NCBI GenBank assembly: GCA_036867785.1
Contig: CP145409.1
Span: 1,116,001-1,180,000 of the forward strand
Direction: 5' to 3'
DNA: 64,000 bases
DNA from: Plasmodiophora brassicae
Taxonomy: Eukaryota
In this document: piece by piece, positions 38,694-50,097 of the stretch
Numbering within the stretch: position 1 is the stretch's first letter
Layout of the letters: each line of letters begins with the position of its first letter
Made by a program: the position numbers and the translations under genes
The notes under the pieces: generated by a model
Database searches by the model: none
What the model was told of the DNA's origin: nothing
The model's input: only the letters and a program-made list of their open reading frames with translations

Positions 38694-38938
38694 TCAGTAC
38701 GTGATAGGCGCCTGCTGCGTTGGCAGGATACCGAAACGCTTCTTGATGGTAACACGCTCTCGCGAGTACTTGTCGTCAGGCGAGAACCGGGCAGGGTGCG
38801 CCGAGTGCGTCGGCATACCTCGCGGGTCGACTTTCTGTTTATTGCATCCATGAGCACCGAAATAGGATGCATTCCTATCATCCCTACCTTGAGCGTGTAG
38901 ACACGCTTGCCGTCCTCCATGTAGTACATCAGATGCAT
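38694..38938 (-). CDS. NOP10: H/ACA snoRNP protein Nop10
   Basis: [17 protein letters not shown], intron, then [41 protein letters not shown]. Confidence 0.96.
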
Positions 38939-39159
38939 GGCGACAGACTGCAATGGGGAGCAGCTCTCGCGGAGTCCGTGAACACCGTCACGGACTCCGT
39001 GGACTTTACACAGTACGTCCTTCCTTACGTTAGCTATGGTTGTTGCACCTGCCCGAAAGTGCTCGTGACGATTCCAACTCAGCACTACCTTCGACATTGC
39101 CTGCCGTGTCTGGTGAAGTCACAGAGTTGGCAGAACCTGCATGGCAATGGACAGGTGAG

Positions 39160-40435
39160 ATGTCGTCAGGCAGTCCGGTACGAGAAGGTGCGGGGCCGTT
39201 CGTCCCGGGCGCCAGCGACACTGATTGGGGCCCCGTTGTCATCGCCTGCGATGACCTTGTCGCCGATCTGGAGGCGCAGGACGACCAGTGCAGTGAGATC
39301 CTTGAAATGGTCGACACTCTACATGTAAGCGGTACAGACGAATGCGTTGCGAAGACGTAACGATATCGTTTCCATGTAGACGCATAGCCTGGAACAGGAC
39401 ATGCAACCGATTATGGTGGCACTGGAGAGCGTCTCAAACGACATTGACCACAGCGTTCTAGACCGCAATGAAGCACATAGCCGCATCAAGAAGTTGCTGG
39501 AATCACAGACCGACCTCGAAAAGCGTTGCCATCAACTGGATCAAGCCCTGGCGAACGCCGCGAAATTCGATTTGGAGCGGAGCGATGCGATCAGAAAGTT
39601 GGAGAATGCACTCGGCCGGGCACAAGACGATCTGCAGAAAGCGAACGGGCAACTCAAAAGCCTGCAGGCAGACGTCGAGGACCGCCAGACGCAGATCGCG
39701 TTCCTCAAGGATCAGGCGAGAATCTTGTCGGAATCCGTTGAAACGCTGACCCAAACGAAAAACGACCTGGAACGGTCGAATCGGGAATCTGCTAAGCAGG
39801 CCCGGCTGGCTCGCGATAAGAACATCGATTTGATGAACGCCCTGGAGAAAGCGACGGATAAGATTGCGGCTGTAATCTATATCGGTTCCTGTACATCGTT
39901 TCGCGCGTTGATCATGACAGTCAGATGGAGCGCGAGAACGTTCACCTGAAGCAGACGAAGCTCCTGCAGATGCACGAGCAGGCGGCCAAAGAATCGGAAA
40001 TCGCCCAGGTACGTGAATGTCCCCGGGAAAGGTTCAAGTCTTGTCAGCGCTGACGATGCCAGGTTAGATGCGACGGCAGTTGGAGAACGCATTGGCGCAG
40101 CAGGTCGCCATGCAGCGGACCCTTGACAGGTCGTCAGGCGCGAAACGCAGGCATGAAAGGGAGCGGGCCGACCTGGAGAAGAAGGTCGCCGAGCAGGACG
40201 CGCAGATCGCAAAGCTTTGCAGCAGCCTTCGCCAGCTCCGATCCTTCTTCCACAGGTACGACGAGTTCGTGTCATTACTGCCCACGTTGACCGTCTGTGG
40301 TACAGCATCGAGGCTATGGATGCGGGTGATGTTGCCCAGACGGAAAGCACCGGGTCGGGGCCGAGGAAGCCGTTCCAGTTCGGGCGAATCCTGAAGGAGC
40401 TCGACAAGCTCAGCACGACCGTGGAAGGATTGTAA
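39160..40435 (+). CDS. Coiled-coil protein of unknown function (multi-exon; start uncertain)
   Basis: Heptad-rich exons within 39380-39871, 39925-40007, 40063-40255 and 40305-40435 with GT-AG boundaries. Confidence 0.6.
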
Positions 40436-40834
40436 TTTGTAACACTCCTCTGTTTCACAACAGGACAATGGTTCTGGGTGTTGCGCTGATGCAGACGGCA
40501 GAACACAGGTAGCGCAACGAGACACAGCTGACGGCAGGGAAAGGGCGTCCGCGATGGTGAGAAACGCTCGACTGTCCATATCGTTCGCGTATAGAGGCAA
40601 CCAAACCGCTTCCGGCGAATGCGGGCGCGCTGTCTATATCGCGACTGACTGGGTCGTCCCTGTCCTGGCTGACCGGCTACTTGACCTGGCCGTTTTAGTA
40701 TGTGCTCGCCTGAAGATTGATCTGGCTCGCTGGCAGAGCTACACCGATCATGGTGGCTCTGGGGCGTGCCACGACCGATGTGGGACAGTGCGGCCCAGAC
40801 CGGAGTGAAGCACAGAAGCGCTTCAAGACGTTTC

Positions 40835-41170
40835 CGGAATGAAGCGCAGACCCATCAAGACACGGCTAGCATCACGATTCGACCTCGAAACACGTTCCCA
40901 GGACAGCAGTATGGTGGGCGATGCGCTGAACCAGACACAAGGTGACCTACAGAAGGCGAAGCGGCAACTGACGATCAGGAACGCAGAGGCCAATGACTTC
41001 CAGACACAGACCGCATTCCTCACAGACCAGGCCAGAACACAGTTGAAGCGTCGATACAAACGATAACCGATCTGTAGCGGTCGTGTCGGGGGATGCGCTA
41101 CATGCAGGCCTGGCTAGCTTGGTAGACAGAAACATCGACCAGAGGAAGGCCTTGGAGAAAGCAGCAGTAG
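40835..41170 (+). pseudogene. Decayed partial duplicate of the upstream coiled-coil gene
   Basis: DALNQTQGDLQKAKRQL...QTQTAFLTDQAR vs NALGRAQDDLQKANGQL...QTQIAFLKDQAR, and DRNIDQRKALEKA vs DKNIDLMNALEKA, with a deletion, a stop and a frameshift. Confidence 0.75.
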
Positions 41171-41269
41171 CGTGGAAGGGTCACTGTGATAGAGAACAAA
41201 TGTGGGAATATCGCGCGGTGGACAAATATCCCCAGACGAGGTACCTGATCGGTTCGGGTCGCTGTCGTA

Positions 41270-42409
41270 ATGTCGACGGAACGCTCGTACGATGTGCAAT
41301 GGATGTGTGCGGCGTTCGATGAGGCCGCCGTGGACTTTGAGACGATCGCCCTGTTGACGCCCCATGTACTCCAGACCGAGAACTTTCGGGGCCTGGTCGG
41401 CGAGGAGATCGCATTCGTCGTCAACGCGCACCTCGAGCTGGAGGTAAAGTACAGAGGAGCGTATCGAGCCAGCCGCGCAAAGGTCCAGCCGGGTGCCGTC
41501 TGGGCGCCCGACGACGACCTGTTCGACATCGCACAGAGCCTGTGCGATTCGATCCGGTCGATCTGCAGGAAGATCCGGGCGGCGCCGCACCTGCTGAAGA
41601 CGCTGAAACGGAACGAAGCGACCGCCGAGACGCCCTGGTTCATGGTGCTGTCGCAAGTTGCCGAGTTCTTCTCGATCACGAAGCGGAAACTGTTGGCGCT
41701 GGCCGAGGACGAGTACGTGAACCAGGAGGCGCAGCTCGAAGACATCGCGCGAACGCTGACGGAGGCATCGCTGAAGGAGAAAGAGCTCCAGCTGGCGAAC
41801 AAGGCGCAGAAGGCGGAGCGCGCCCTTCACCAGGCACAGACGACAACGACGATCGAGGCGCTGAAGGCGGAGATGGCCAAGATTACGGCGACGTTGAACG
41901 AGAGGCGCGCCAAGACCGAATCGGAGACCGTGACGGCGCTTCGCGAGATCCAGTTCGAGAGGGAGCGGAACGGGCGGCGGCAGGAGCAGCTGGAGAAGAT
42001 CGAGGCGCAGACAGGCAAGTTACGGGTCGACGGCCTGGACAAGGAGACGCGGTCCAGGAAGGAGGTGCGACGCCTGACGCACGAGACGGCAGAATGCATC
42101 GCGGCGTACGACGAGAAGATGATCGAACTGACCGGACAGTACGACGCCCTGCTCGTCGAGTACGACCGCGATGCAGCCGTCCTGAAAGACGTTCGCGAGG
42201 CGATGGAAGCGCTGATTGAGGAACGAGAGGAATACGAGGCCGTCCTTGCCGAACAAGAGCGAATCCGCCAGGAGAACGAGCGCCGCCTGAACGCGGCGGC
42301 CGTCATGATCCAGAAGATCTGGAGAGGGTATAGCACTAGGATGGCGCTGAAGCGGAACGCCAAAGGCGCCAGCGGCAAAAAGGGCAAGGGGAAGGCGAAG
42401 AAGAAGTGA
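41270..42409 (+). CDS. DRC10: Dynein regulatory complex subunit 10 (IQCD-like), intronless
   Basis: Long coiled-coil; IAAYDEKM; IQ motif AAVMIQKIWRGYSTR; Lys/Gly tail GKKGKGKAKKK. Confidence 0.85.
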   Translation: MSTERSYDVQWMCAAFDEAAVDFETIALLTPHVLQTENFRGLVGEEIAFVVNAHLELEVKYRGAYRASRAKVQPGAVWAPDDDLFDIAQSLCDSIRSICRKIRAAPHLLKTLKRNEATAETPWFMVLSQVAEFFSITKRKLLALAEDEYVNQEAQLEDIARTLTEASLKEKELQLANKAQKAERALHQAQTTTTIEALKAEMAKITATLNERRAKTESETVTALREIQFERERNGRRQEQLEKIEAQTGKLRVDGLDKETRSRKEVRRLTHETAECIAAYDEKMIELTGQYDALLVEYDRDAAVLKDVREAMEALIEEREEYEAVLAEQERIRQENERRLNAAAVMIQKIWRGYSTRMALKRNAKGASGKKGKGKAKKK

Positions 42410-42520
42410 CACCAGTGAACGTTCATTCTGGCCAGGACGTAACAATGAACCCGGCTCCAGTGCAGTCCTTGCACGAGGGACCCGAATGACAGGGTTCCGC
42501 AGATCAAATGCATGACGGGC

Positions 42521-42740
42521 GTAGTCGCGCGACTACCCAGCCCCGTATGTGCGGTTCGCCGGTGCCACGCGGGCAGTCTGCAGTCGCCAGCATCGGGTGG
42601 TACGACTGCGACCCCGTCCGTGGGCGGTCTGCAGCCTACCGAGTGGGCAGTACGACTGTGTCCCGTGGGCGGCGTGCAGACAACTGCACCCGCTGTGTGG
42701 GCGTCGTGGCCCTGCGGCCGCCGGGTCGGCCTGCAGTCGT
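42521..42740. promoter_or_regulatory. Perfect 16-bp palindrome plus degenerate repeats upstream of APC10
   Basis: GTAGTCGCGCGACTAC at 42521-42536; GTACGACTG..CCGTGGGCGG..TGCAG at ~42600 and ~42650; CTGCAGTCG at ~42578 and ~42731. Confidence 0.4.
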
Positions 42741-42754
42741 TACGTGCGGATTGA

Positions 42755-43558
42755 ATGGATTTTGGGGATGTGCGCGAGGTCGGCGAGGAAGCCGTGTGGA
42801 CGCTGTCGACGGCCAAGCCGGGCAACGGCGTCGATCAGCTGCGGGATGGGACCGTCGAGTCGTTCTGGCAGTACGAGGCTGGTTCTTGTCCCGGGTCGTG
42901 GATTAGTTGACGGTGTCATGCAGGTCGGATGGCGTCCAGCCGCACCTTGTGAATATCCAGTTCCAGAAGAAGATGAGGATCAAGGTGCGTTGACAAAGGA
43001 ACGCGGGTAATATTTCACTGTGACTCATCGTGAGCGCGTAGGAGATTCAGATATACGTAGACGAGAAGCTCGACGAAAGTTACACGCCGGTGCGATCCTC
43101 CTGGACAGTGTGGTTATCGCAGTACATGTTGATCGTGGTCGTAGCAACGCATCTCCATTCGGTGCGGGACGACATTTCATGACCTGCACGAGGTGCAACT
43201 GCTAGAGCTCCAGAATCCGTCGGGCTGGGTATCCATCCCACTGGCGGATCAGAGTGGCAGGTTGGTCTGTGTTCCCCGCACGTATGCTGGTCATGTTGAT
43301 TGATGCTGTATTGGGTCTTAGTGGTTTCCTTCGAACGCATCTGATCCAAATTGCTGTACTGGCTTCGTTCCAGAGCGGGCGTGACACCCATATTCGACAA
43401 ATCAAAGTCTATGCTGCATGCCAGTATCTGCTTCAGTCGACAGTCGATCGCTTGCTCGCAACTGACCATGCGGTTTTAGGCCCCCAACGAAGGGGTTTGG
43501 TACGCCACTGTCCACCTTCACAACGATTGAATTTGAGCAGTTTACTCGGCTCCGATAA
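42755..43558 (+). CDS. ANAPC10: Anaphase-promoting complex subunit 10
   Basis: AVWTLSTAKPGNGVDQLRD...FWQSDGVQPHLVNIQF; DESYTP; IQIAVL...QSGRDTHIRQIKV; C-terminal FTTIEFEQFTRLR. Confidence 0.95.
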
Positions 43559-43655
43559 CATAAAGAACACGCCGACTGTAACTGCCGAGTGATGTGTTTC
43601 CAGTTTACTGCCAGGGATTGCAATGCAGAGCTAATGGCGTTGGCTTTCTTTGACT

Positions 43656-45665
43656 CTATTGCCTTGTTCGGGCCCGGCCAAGCCTGACGTACGCGCTGCT
43701 CTGCGGTCCTTTCGGTGGTGGTGTAGGTGATAATGACGAGCGGCAGCGTATGGAGACAGGCTTGCTGGTATGACGGTCGTGGATTGCCGCATGCGTTTTC
43801 CTCAAATCCGTCAACGACAAAGGTGCACATAGATCATGCTCCTCGTCCTCCGATTCGATGCCAGCGTCCTGCGTGCTGGGGAGCCGGGCGACCGACACCT
43901 CATCACCAGCCCCGGCTTCAGGTCTGGGTTCCTCGGAAGCAGCACCTGGGCTCTCGGGAAGAAGGTTCGCCACCATCTCTTCAATTGCACTAACCATGGC
44001 CATAGTATCAGCCGTTGCACTCTGCTCCCCAACACTGCTATCAGTGGCGCATCTGGCACGCTTCACACGTCAGCCCAAACCTGTGGTTCGCCGGTCAGTC
44101 GTTCGAGAATGGATCCCAACAGACCATGCAACGTATTCATCGATGAGCGTGCGCTCTGGACTTCGTTGCAGCTGGTGGCGGTCGCCGTTTGAATCCTCGC
44201 CAAATCCGCCTCCAAGTGCTCCACCAAGCGCTGCCGTTGATGACACCCGGCCTCTTCGACTTGCCTGCGTTTGCGAATCAGATTACAGTCTTCACAGGCA
44301 ACACCATGGCTCCCAACTTTGTGAACAGGGCGTGCTCGTCCTGAATGACGGTCAGTTCTTCTTCAAGCACCTGCGCATCCAGCATCAGTCGCAGCGTAAG
44401 ACACAAATACCAGTTCGACGCACCTGAGCGGTGCCGTTCAAGTCGCTGACGCGAGCCAGGAGATCGAGGTTCTTCTGTTCGGCGACGGCAAACGACTGAA
44501 CGAGCACGCCAACGTCCGAAATGCCGGTGCCCATCTTGATGTTCTGCAGCGCCTGCACACCACAGTGAATTACACTACGATGCTTCGAAGACACAACCCA
44601 ACCTGCTGCAGATCGTTCGTGGCCGTCGACATTTCGAGAACCTGCTGCGACTCGTTCGTGATCTCATCCGTGATCAATGCAATGCTTTGCCGAAGGCGCT
44701 TGATCTCCTGCTTGGCCATTTCCTGGGGATCCTTCTCCGCCGCATGTCCCACTTCACTGTGCTTGATACGTGTCAGCTGCGAACGCAACCAAGGTTCAGG
44801 TTCCCAGTTGTCCACGTCCCCTTGGAACAATGTCGCACCTGCTCCGGATTCAGGTCTTTGCAAGTCAGCGCCTCCATCTGTAAACGATGCTCCTCGAGGC
44901 GCCGGGTCAGCTGGTCGGACTCTTTCAGGAACCGGGCCTGGTCTTCATCCGTTTCATGCTTGATGTCGAGCAGCTTCCGGTGGGCGGTTTCCCGAGCCCT
45001 TCAACGGCATTACAATTTGCAACCCGAACAACACGAATCGGCCTAACGCACCGGTACGCTGATTCCGTCTGATCCACCATGTTCCACATCTCGACCTGCT
45101 TCTGCTGGATGTCCTCCTGAAGTCGCTGGTACGTGCCGTTCAGCGCGTTCCAATCGCGGCGCAGCATGTCGATCATATGGCAGAGTTCGGTGTTGTGCGC
45201 GACCGTCTCGTTGTACCGCTTCAACGTCTTGTCCAGCCGGTCCTCGGCAACGCGTATCTGGCGCCAAACCTCGGCCAGGCGCTCTTCGCGCGAGTTCATC
45301 CCGCAGACCAAACGCTTCCGGTTGAGAATGTCCTCGCGAGTCGCATCGATTCGCGATCGTAACGTTGCGATGCGCTCGTTCTCGACGTCGAGCTGTTTGG
45401 TGAACTTCTCGTAGTCTTCCTGCAGGCGCCTGACCTCGAGCGCCAGCTCAATGGACGACGACTGGCTGGCGCGGATCATCTCCAACGTCAAGTCCTGTTT
45501 CAGGCGGTCGTTCTCCATTTGGAGACGGCGAAGGTGCTGATCGCGCCCATGGACGTTGTTGACCGAATGCGCCCGTCTCAGGCCTTCGACCTCGCGAAGC
45601 TTGCGTTGCAAGCTGATCAGCTCATGCTGGACGGGCGGCTCCACAACCGGCACCAAGTGATTCAT
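43656..45665 (-). CDS. ODAD1: Outer dynein arm docking complex subunit DC2 (CCDC114/CCDC63-like)
   Basis: ELISLQRKLREVEG; QIRVAEDRLDKTLKRYNETVAHNTELCHMIDMLRRD; QSFAVAEQKNLDLL. Confidence 0.75.
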
Positions 45666-45808
45666 GTAGGTCTTAATATGGATGTGGGTACGTCGTGGCG
45701 ATCAAACCGGTGTGCTTTTAGACTTGCCCGATGTCGAATCCGCAACGTCGTCCCATAACTGAAGTCTGGCCGTAGCGGAACGCGCTGAATATACGAGCAC
45801 CAGCAGGT

Positions 45809-47213
45809 TTATTCTTGTAGTTGACGTCTGCTCGAACCTGGCCTGGACCGTGTGCCTTCGTACCTTTCAGCTACCGTCGCTGTGCCATGACTGGGCCTCC
45901 TTCTACCAGCATCCTCGCCGTCCGAATCTGCTGGTTCCCTGATCAGATCCATTCCAGGTGGGCGTAATGAAAACGGTACCTTCAAACGTATACCGGACAG
46001 GGCGTGTTGTCGACCGCCTCCCATCTACAATGTTGCTGTACGACAGGTCGAGGCCCAGAGCGAGGCCTTGACGTTTCAGACGCTGCGCTTTACGTTCCTC
46101 GGCCTCAATCCGGGCGAGTTCCGCTGGGATCAGCTCCGTCTTTAAAACGTTGCACAGTTTACCAAGCAACGGGTCAGCACCGTCCGCATCGGCATGCGCT
46201 AACGCGACCAGTTCATCGACGGTCTTCGCCTCCAGAGTCATCGTCACCGACCCAGAGTCTGGCTCGGGTGCATGCTGCCGATACACGCGACTGCATTGCC
46301 GGTTCGACGCGTCCGGGAACAACCAGTACAAATTGCCCCGAGCGTCTTCGCCAAGCGGACTGTCCCGTAACTCGCAGGACGCTGCGCCAGGTGCGTCAGA
46401 ACCGCCCGTAAGCTGGCAGACGCGCGTCGCGATACCTCTTGCAACAAAGTCCTGGATCTCGAAGCTCGACTGGGCGCACCAGTCGCACAGGTTCGATAGA
46501 ATCAACAGCTGCAGACGGCGTGCTCAGATCGCGGCGCGTAACGAACCCGATGCGCAGTCAACCTTCGCGTACGGCGACATGGAGTGCACGTCGGCCTGCC
46601 ACTGATCGAGAATGGGCCCTCGTTTCCTGCCGGCACGCGGATCGTCAACCAGCGACTGATACGTCTCATCGTCGTCATGGTTCGGATCGGCGAATCCGAC
46701 GAACTGCGACCGCATGTCCTTCACGATCTTATGCACACAGGATTGCCACTGGTCGGGCCTACGGTCCAAGTCAAACATGCGATTATAAGACGCATGTACA
46801 TAGGGGAAACTGACTGACTTCAACGCCTCTTTCCTGTTCTGTCCTAAGAATATGCATCGGGCGACCAAATCGACATATAGCGGGTCGTCACGGGAGAACA
46901 GGATCGACTGTTCCAATTCGAGGAACGAGAACGGCGGCATATTAAGAACCGTCGCGAACGCCCTACAGAACGACAGGATGTTCGCGAATTCCGCAGTGCC
47001 ACCCACGTCTACAATCGGGACATCGTCTGCGGGCCCCGGGGCCACAGCCGGCTCAGGCACGTCCACAACCTCAACCGTTACGTCATTCTGCACGTCGTCC
47101 TCGTCCTCGTCCTCGTCCTCGCCATCGTCGACAACGTCGTCCTCGTACTCGGACCCGGACGACATGGCGCTGCTGGACTCGGGGCCCGTGTCGTCGTGAT
47201 CGACGTGTTCCAT
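45809..47213 (-). CDS. DDT/WHIM/WSD-domain chromatin remodelling accessory protein
   Basis: Acidic N-terminus; DDT-like EFANILSFCRAFATVLNMPPFSFLELEQSI; WHIM1-like MSPYAK..LILSNLCDW; WSD-like LRDSPLGEDARGNLYW. Confidence 0.75.
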
Positions 47214-47225
47214 CACAACGCCAAA

Positions 47226-47447
47226 ATGTCCGTGCGCAGCCGCGTGCAGCTCGCCGACGGCGCCGTCCCGTTCGCCCTCGACCTGCCTGTCCCCGCCAGC
47301 ACCGAGCACGATCTATCGGCACTGATTGCCGCTGTACGCCTGGCGCGCGAGCAGACCCGCCAGTTCTTCAACGACGAGCTCGCGCGCACCGACCCGACCT
47401 GGACCACGAAACGAGCGAAACCGGCTGACGAGGACGGCAACGAATGA
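47226..47447 (+). CDS. 73-aa protein, possible KEOPS subunit Gon7-like
   Basis: Beta-strand-like N-terminus, amphipathic helix DLSALIAAVRLAREQTRQFFNDEL and an acidic tail, which is the Gon7 architecture. Confidence 0.45.
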   Translation: MSVRSRVQLADGAVPFALDLPVPASTEHDLSALIAAVRLAREQTRQFFNDELARTDPTWTTKRAKPADEDGNE

Positions 47448-47472
47448 AATGGGCAAACCGCACACGATTTTC

Positions 47473-49710
47473 TTAGTGGCTGTGGTCGTCGTTGGTTTTC
47501 GACAAGAGGTAGTGCTGGTGCTCAGGGCGCTCGTCACAACGGACGCGGACGTTGAGCTGTTTCATGACGCCTGGGCACGGGTCCTCGCCGAACGACTCGT
47601 CGTTGGCCTCGATCCAGCAGGAATGCTCGCCGAGGCAGTTCTGCTCGATAACGGCCTGCGACGTCACCGCGTGGCACCCTCGGTCGATGACGTCGCCGTC
47701 CGGCGTGCCGTACGACGCGAACACGACCTCGGTGATGACCTGCGACGGCTTCGGGCACGTGAACAGCCCGACGACCGCGTCGCTCGTATCGGTATGCGTT
47801 CCATGCGAGTGATGCCGTTGCCGCATCGACAGCGCTAAGTCCGCGGTGTGACGCGGCTTGCAGCGCGCCACGACCCGCAGCTGCTTCGTAACGCTTGGGC
47901 ACGGGTCCTCCGGGTGGAACGCATCCCCTGGGCGGTCATCGGACGCCGCGAACGTGCACTTGTGCTTGCCGATGCAGCGGCTCCACACAACGGACATGGA
48001 GCGCGGGTGGTGGCACGTCGGGTTGATCGTCCTGGCCAACGGCGAGCTGTGCGCGACGGGCGCGCCGAACGACGCGAACACGATATGGTCGATAACCTGC
48101 CCTTCAGCGCACTCCAACGAGAACTCGTCGTCCTCGCCGGCCATGACCAGCAGGTCGTCGTCGCCGCGGGTGCTGCACCTGGCGACCGCACGAAGCTGTT
48201 TCGTCGTGGTCGGGCACGGGTCGTGGACGCTGCCGAACACGTCGGTGCAGTGGTCATCGCCAGCCACGAACGAACACGACTGGCGACCGACGCAGCGGCT
48301 CCAGACGGCCTCCATCGAGTTCGGGTAGTGGCACTTCGGGTCGATTGTCGTGAATCGCGCCGGGGTCGTCGCCGGCGTCCCGTACGTGGCGAACTCGATG
48401 CGGTCGATGACCTGGCCTTGCCCGCACTGCAATGTGAACGTCTGGTCCTCGGCGGCGGCACCGTTGACGGTGACGTCGAGCGACGGATCGCACCCCTCCA
48501 GGCATCGATGCTCGGTGCACTCCGCGAGCACGTTCATGTGCTTGTGGTCGAACGGGCACGGGTCGCCCAGGAACGCATCGTTCCAGGCGACAATGCTGCA
48601 GTTACGTTGGCCAACGCAGGCGCGTTCCACGATCGGCAACGCATGCGGCGAGTCGCAGACGGCATCGGGCACGCCACCCTTCGGCAGGCCGAACGACGCG
48701 AACAGGATCCGGGAGATGACCTGGTCGGGTCGGGGGCACTGTAGGAGCAACGGGGCAGCATAGCGCCCCTGGCCGCTGCACGACTCGTGGACGAACTCGT
48801 CAGCGAACCCGGCAACGACGACGCCGTAGTCGTCGGGGCGACGTCCGCATCGGGCGACGACGACCAGCGCGTTCGTGCCCGATTGCGTTGGGCATGGGTC
48901 GGCGAACAGGGCGGCCGGATCGCCAATGGTGCATGAGTGCTGACCCACGCAGGCGCCGTACACGACGGGCGTCGACGTCGGGTGATGACAGTTCGGGTTC
49001 ACGATCGGGTCGCCTTGGTAGGTGGTCGGCTGCCCGTACGACGCGAACTGGATCTCCTCGATGATCTGGTCGTTCTCGGGGCAGGTCAGCGTGAACGGTG
49101 AGCCGGCGTTCGCCGAGGCACTGACGATCGCCGAACATTCGCTGGACGGGTACTCGCAGATCGGTTGTGCCAACGCCTTCGTGCCCTCGCAATCGGTGGC
49201 GTCGTGCGTCATGAACTCGGCTTCGGTGACGAGGATGGAGCACGACGTGTGCCCGGCGCATCGGTTCCAGAGGACGTCCTTGGCGTTGGGCGAGATACAC
49301 GCCGGGTTGTCCATGACGACCGAGTCGATACCGGTGATGACCTTGCCGTCGCCGCATGACATGGTGAGGACCGTTGGTGGTGGAGGCCCGCACACGAACG
49401 TGATCTCCAGCTCCTTAAGGCGGCCAGAGCACGTTTCGCCGAAGACGGCGTTGGTCGCCGACACCTTGCAGGTATGCTGGCCTAGGCACAGGCTTGATAC
49501 AATCTGCACCTGCTTCTTCGCCTGGGCGTTGGACAACGGGCAGAAACATGCCGAATACGACACGGTGGCGATCCCGGTGATGACATTCTTCGCTCCCGGA
49601 CACGTCAGGACGGCAACGCTGTTCTCGACCGCTACTGCTACGCAGGCATCCGCTCGACGTCCCAACGCGGCCGCCATGATGACCACCAGCAACGCCATCA
49701 ACCTTGCCAT
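47473..49710 (-). CDS. Secreted multi-domain SUEL/rhamnose-binding (Gal_Lectin) lectin, 7 repeats, intronless
   Basis: Signal peptide MARLMALLVVIMAAALGRRADA; repeated L.C..G.VI..I.FAS[YF]G...C.G...C.....F.DPCP...K.L.V...C. Confidence 0.9.
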   Translation of the reverse strand: MARLMALLVVIMAAALGRRADACVAVAVENSVAVLTCPGAKNVITGIATVSYSACFCPLSNAQAKKQVQIVSSLCLGQHTCKVSATNAVFGETCSGRLKELEITFVCGPPPPTVLTMSCGDGKVITGIDSVVMDNPACISPNAKDVLWNRCAGHTSCSILVTEAEFMTHDATDCEGTKALAQPICEYPSSECSAIVSASANAGSPFTLTCPENDQIIEEIQFASYGQPTTYQGDPIVNPNCHHPTSTPVVYGACVGQHSCTIGDPAALFADPCPTQSGTNALVVVARCGRRPDDYGVVVAGFADEFVHESCSGQGRYAAPLLLQCPRPDQVISRILFASFGLPKGGVPDAVCDSPHALPIVERACVGQRNCSIVAWNDAFLGDPCPFDHKHMNVLAECTEHRCLEGCDPSLDVTVNGAAAEDQTFTLQCGQGQVIDRIEFATYGTPATTPARFTTIDPKCHYPNSMEAVWSRCVGRQSCSFVAGDDHCTDVFGSVHDPCPTTTKQLRAVARCSTRGDDDLLVMAGEDDEFSLECAEGQVIDHIVFASFGAPVAHSSPLARTINPTCHHPRSMSVVWSRCIGKHKCTFAASDDRPGDAFHPEDPCPSVTKQLRVVARCKPRHTADLALSMRQRHHSHGTHTDTSDAVVGLFTCPKPSQVITEVVFASYGTPDGDVIDRGCHAVTSQAVIEQNCLGEHSCWIEANDESFGEDPCPGVMKQLNVRVRCDERPEHQHYLLSKTNDDHSH

Positions 49711-50097
49711 TGTTATGCTCCTGTCGATCTCTCTCGTTGAGAAAAAACGTCTATTTGGGAATGTTGGGTTGGATCGTGCAGGCGTCGCGTGTCCTATGGG
49801 GTAGCAGACGAGAAGCACGCGCTCTTATCCAACCGAAACGAATCTTGAGTTCCAGATTCGGCCGCCGATCCTGGCGTGCGTGCCATCGGGCAGGAATCCA
49901 TCGCCGAGCTGCCAGTATGGCGACCCTGAACTCGGGTTACCCTTGACCAGCGTCAGGGCTTGATGCAAAGCGACGTCCCAATAACAAACGTCTCGACCGA
50001 ACAATTGTCGTCCAGTCACGTGACGAAGTCATGCGCGGCAAAAACCAGCCCCTCGACTCCATTCGACCGCATTCGGTATATTTTACGTCCAGTGGGA

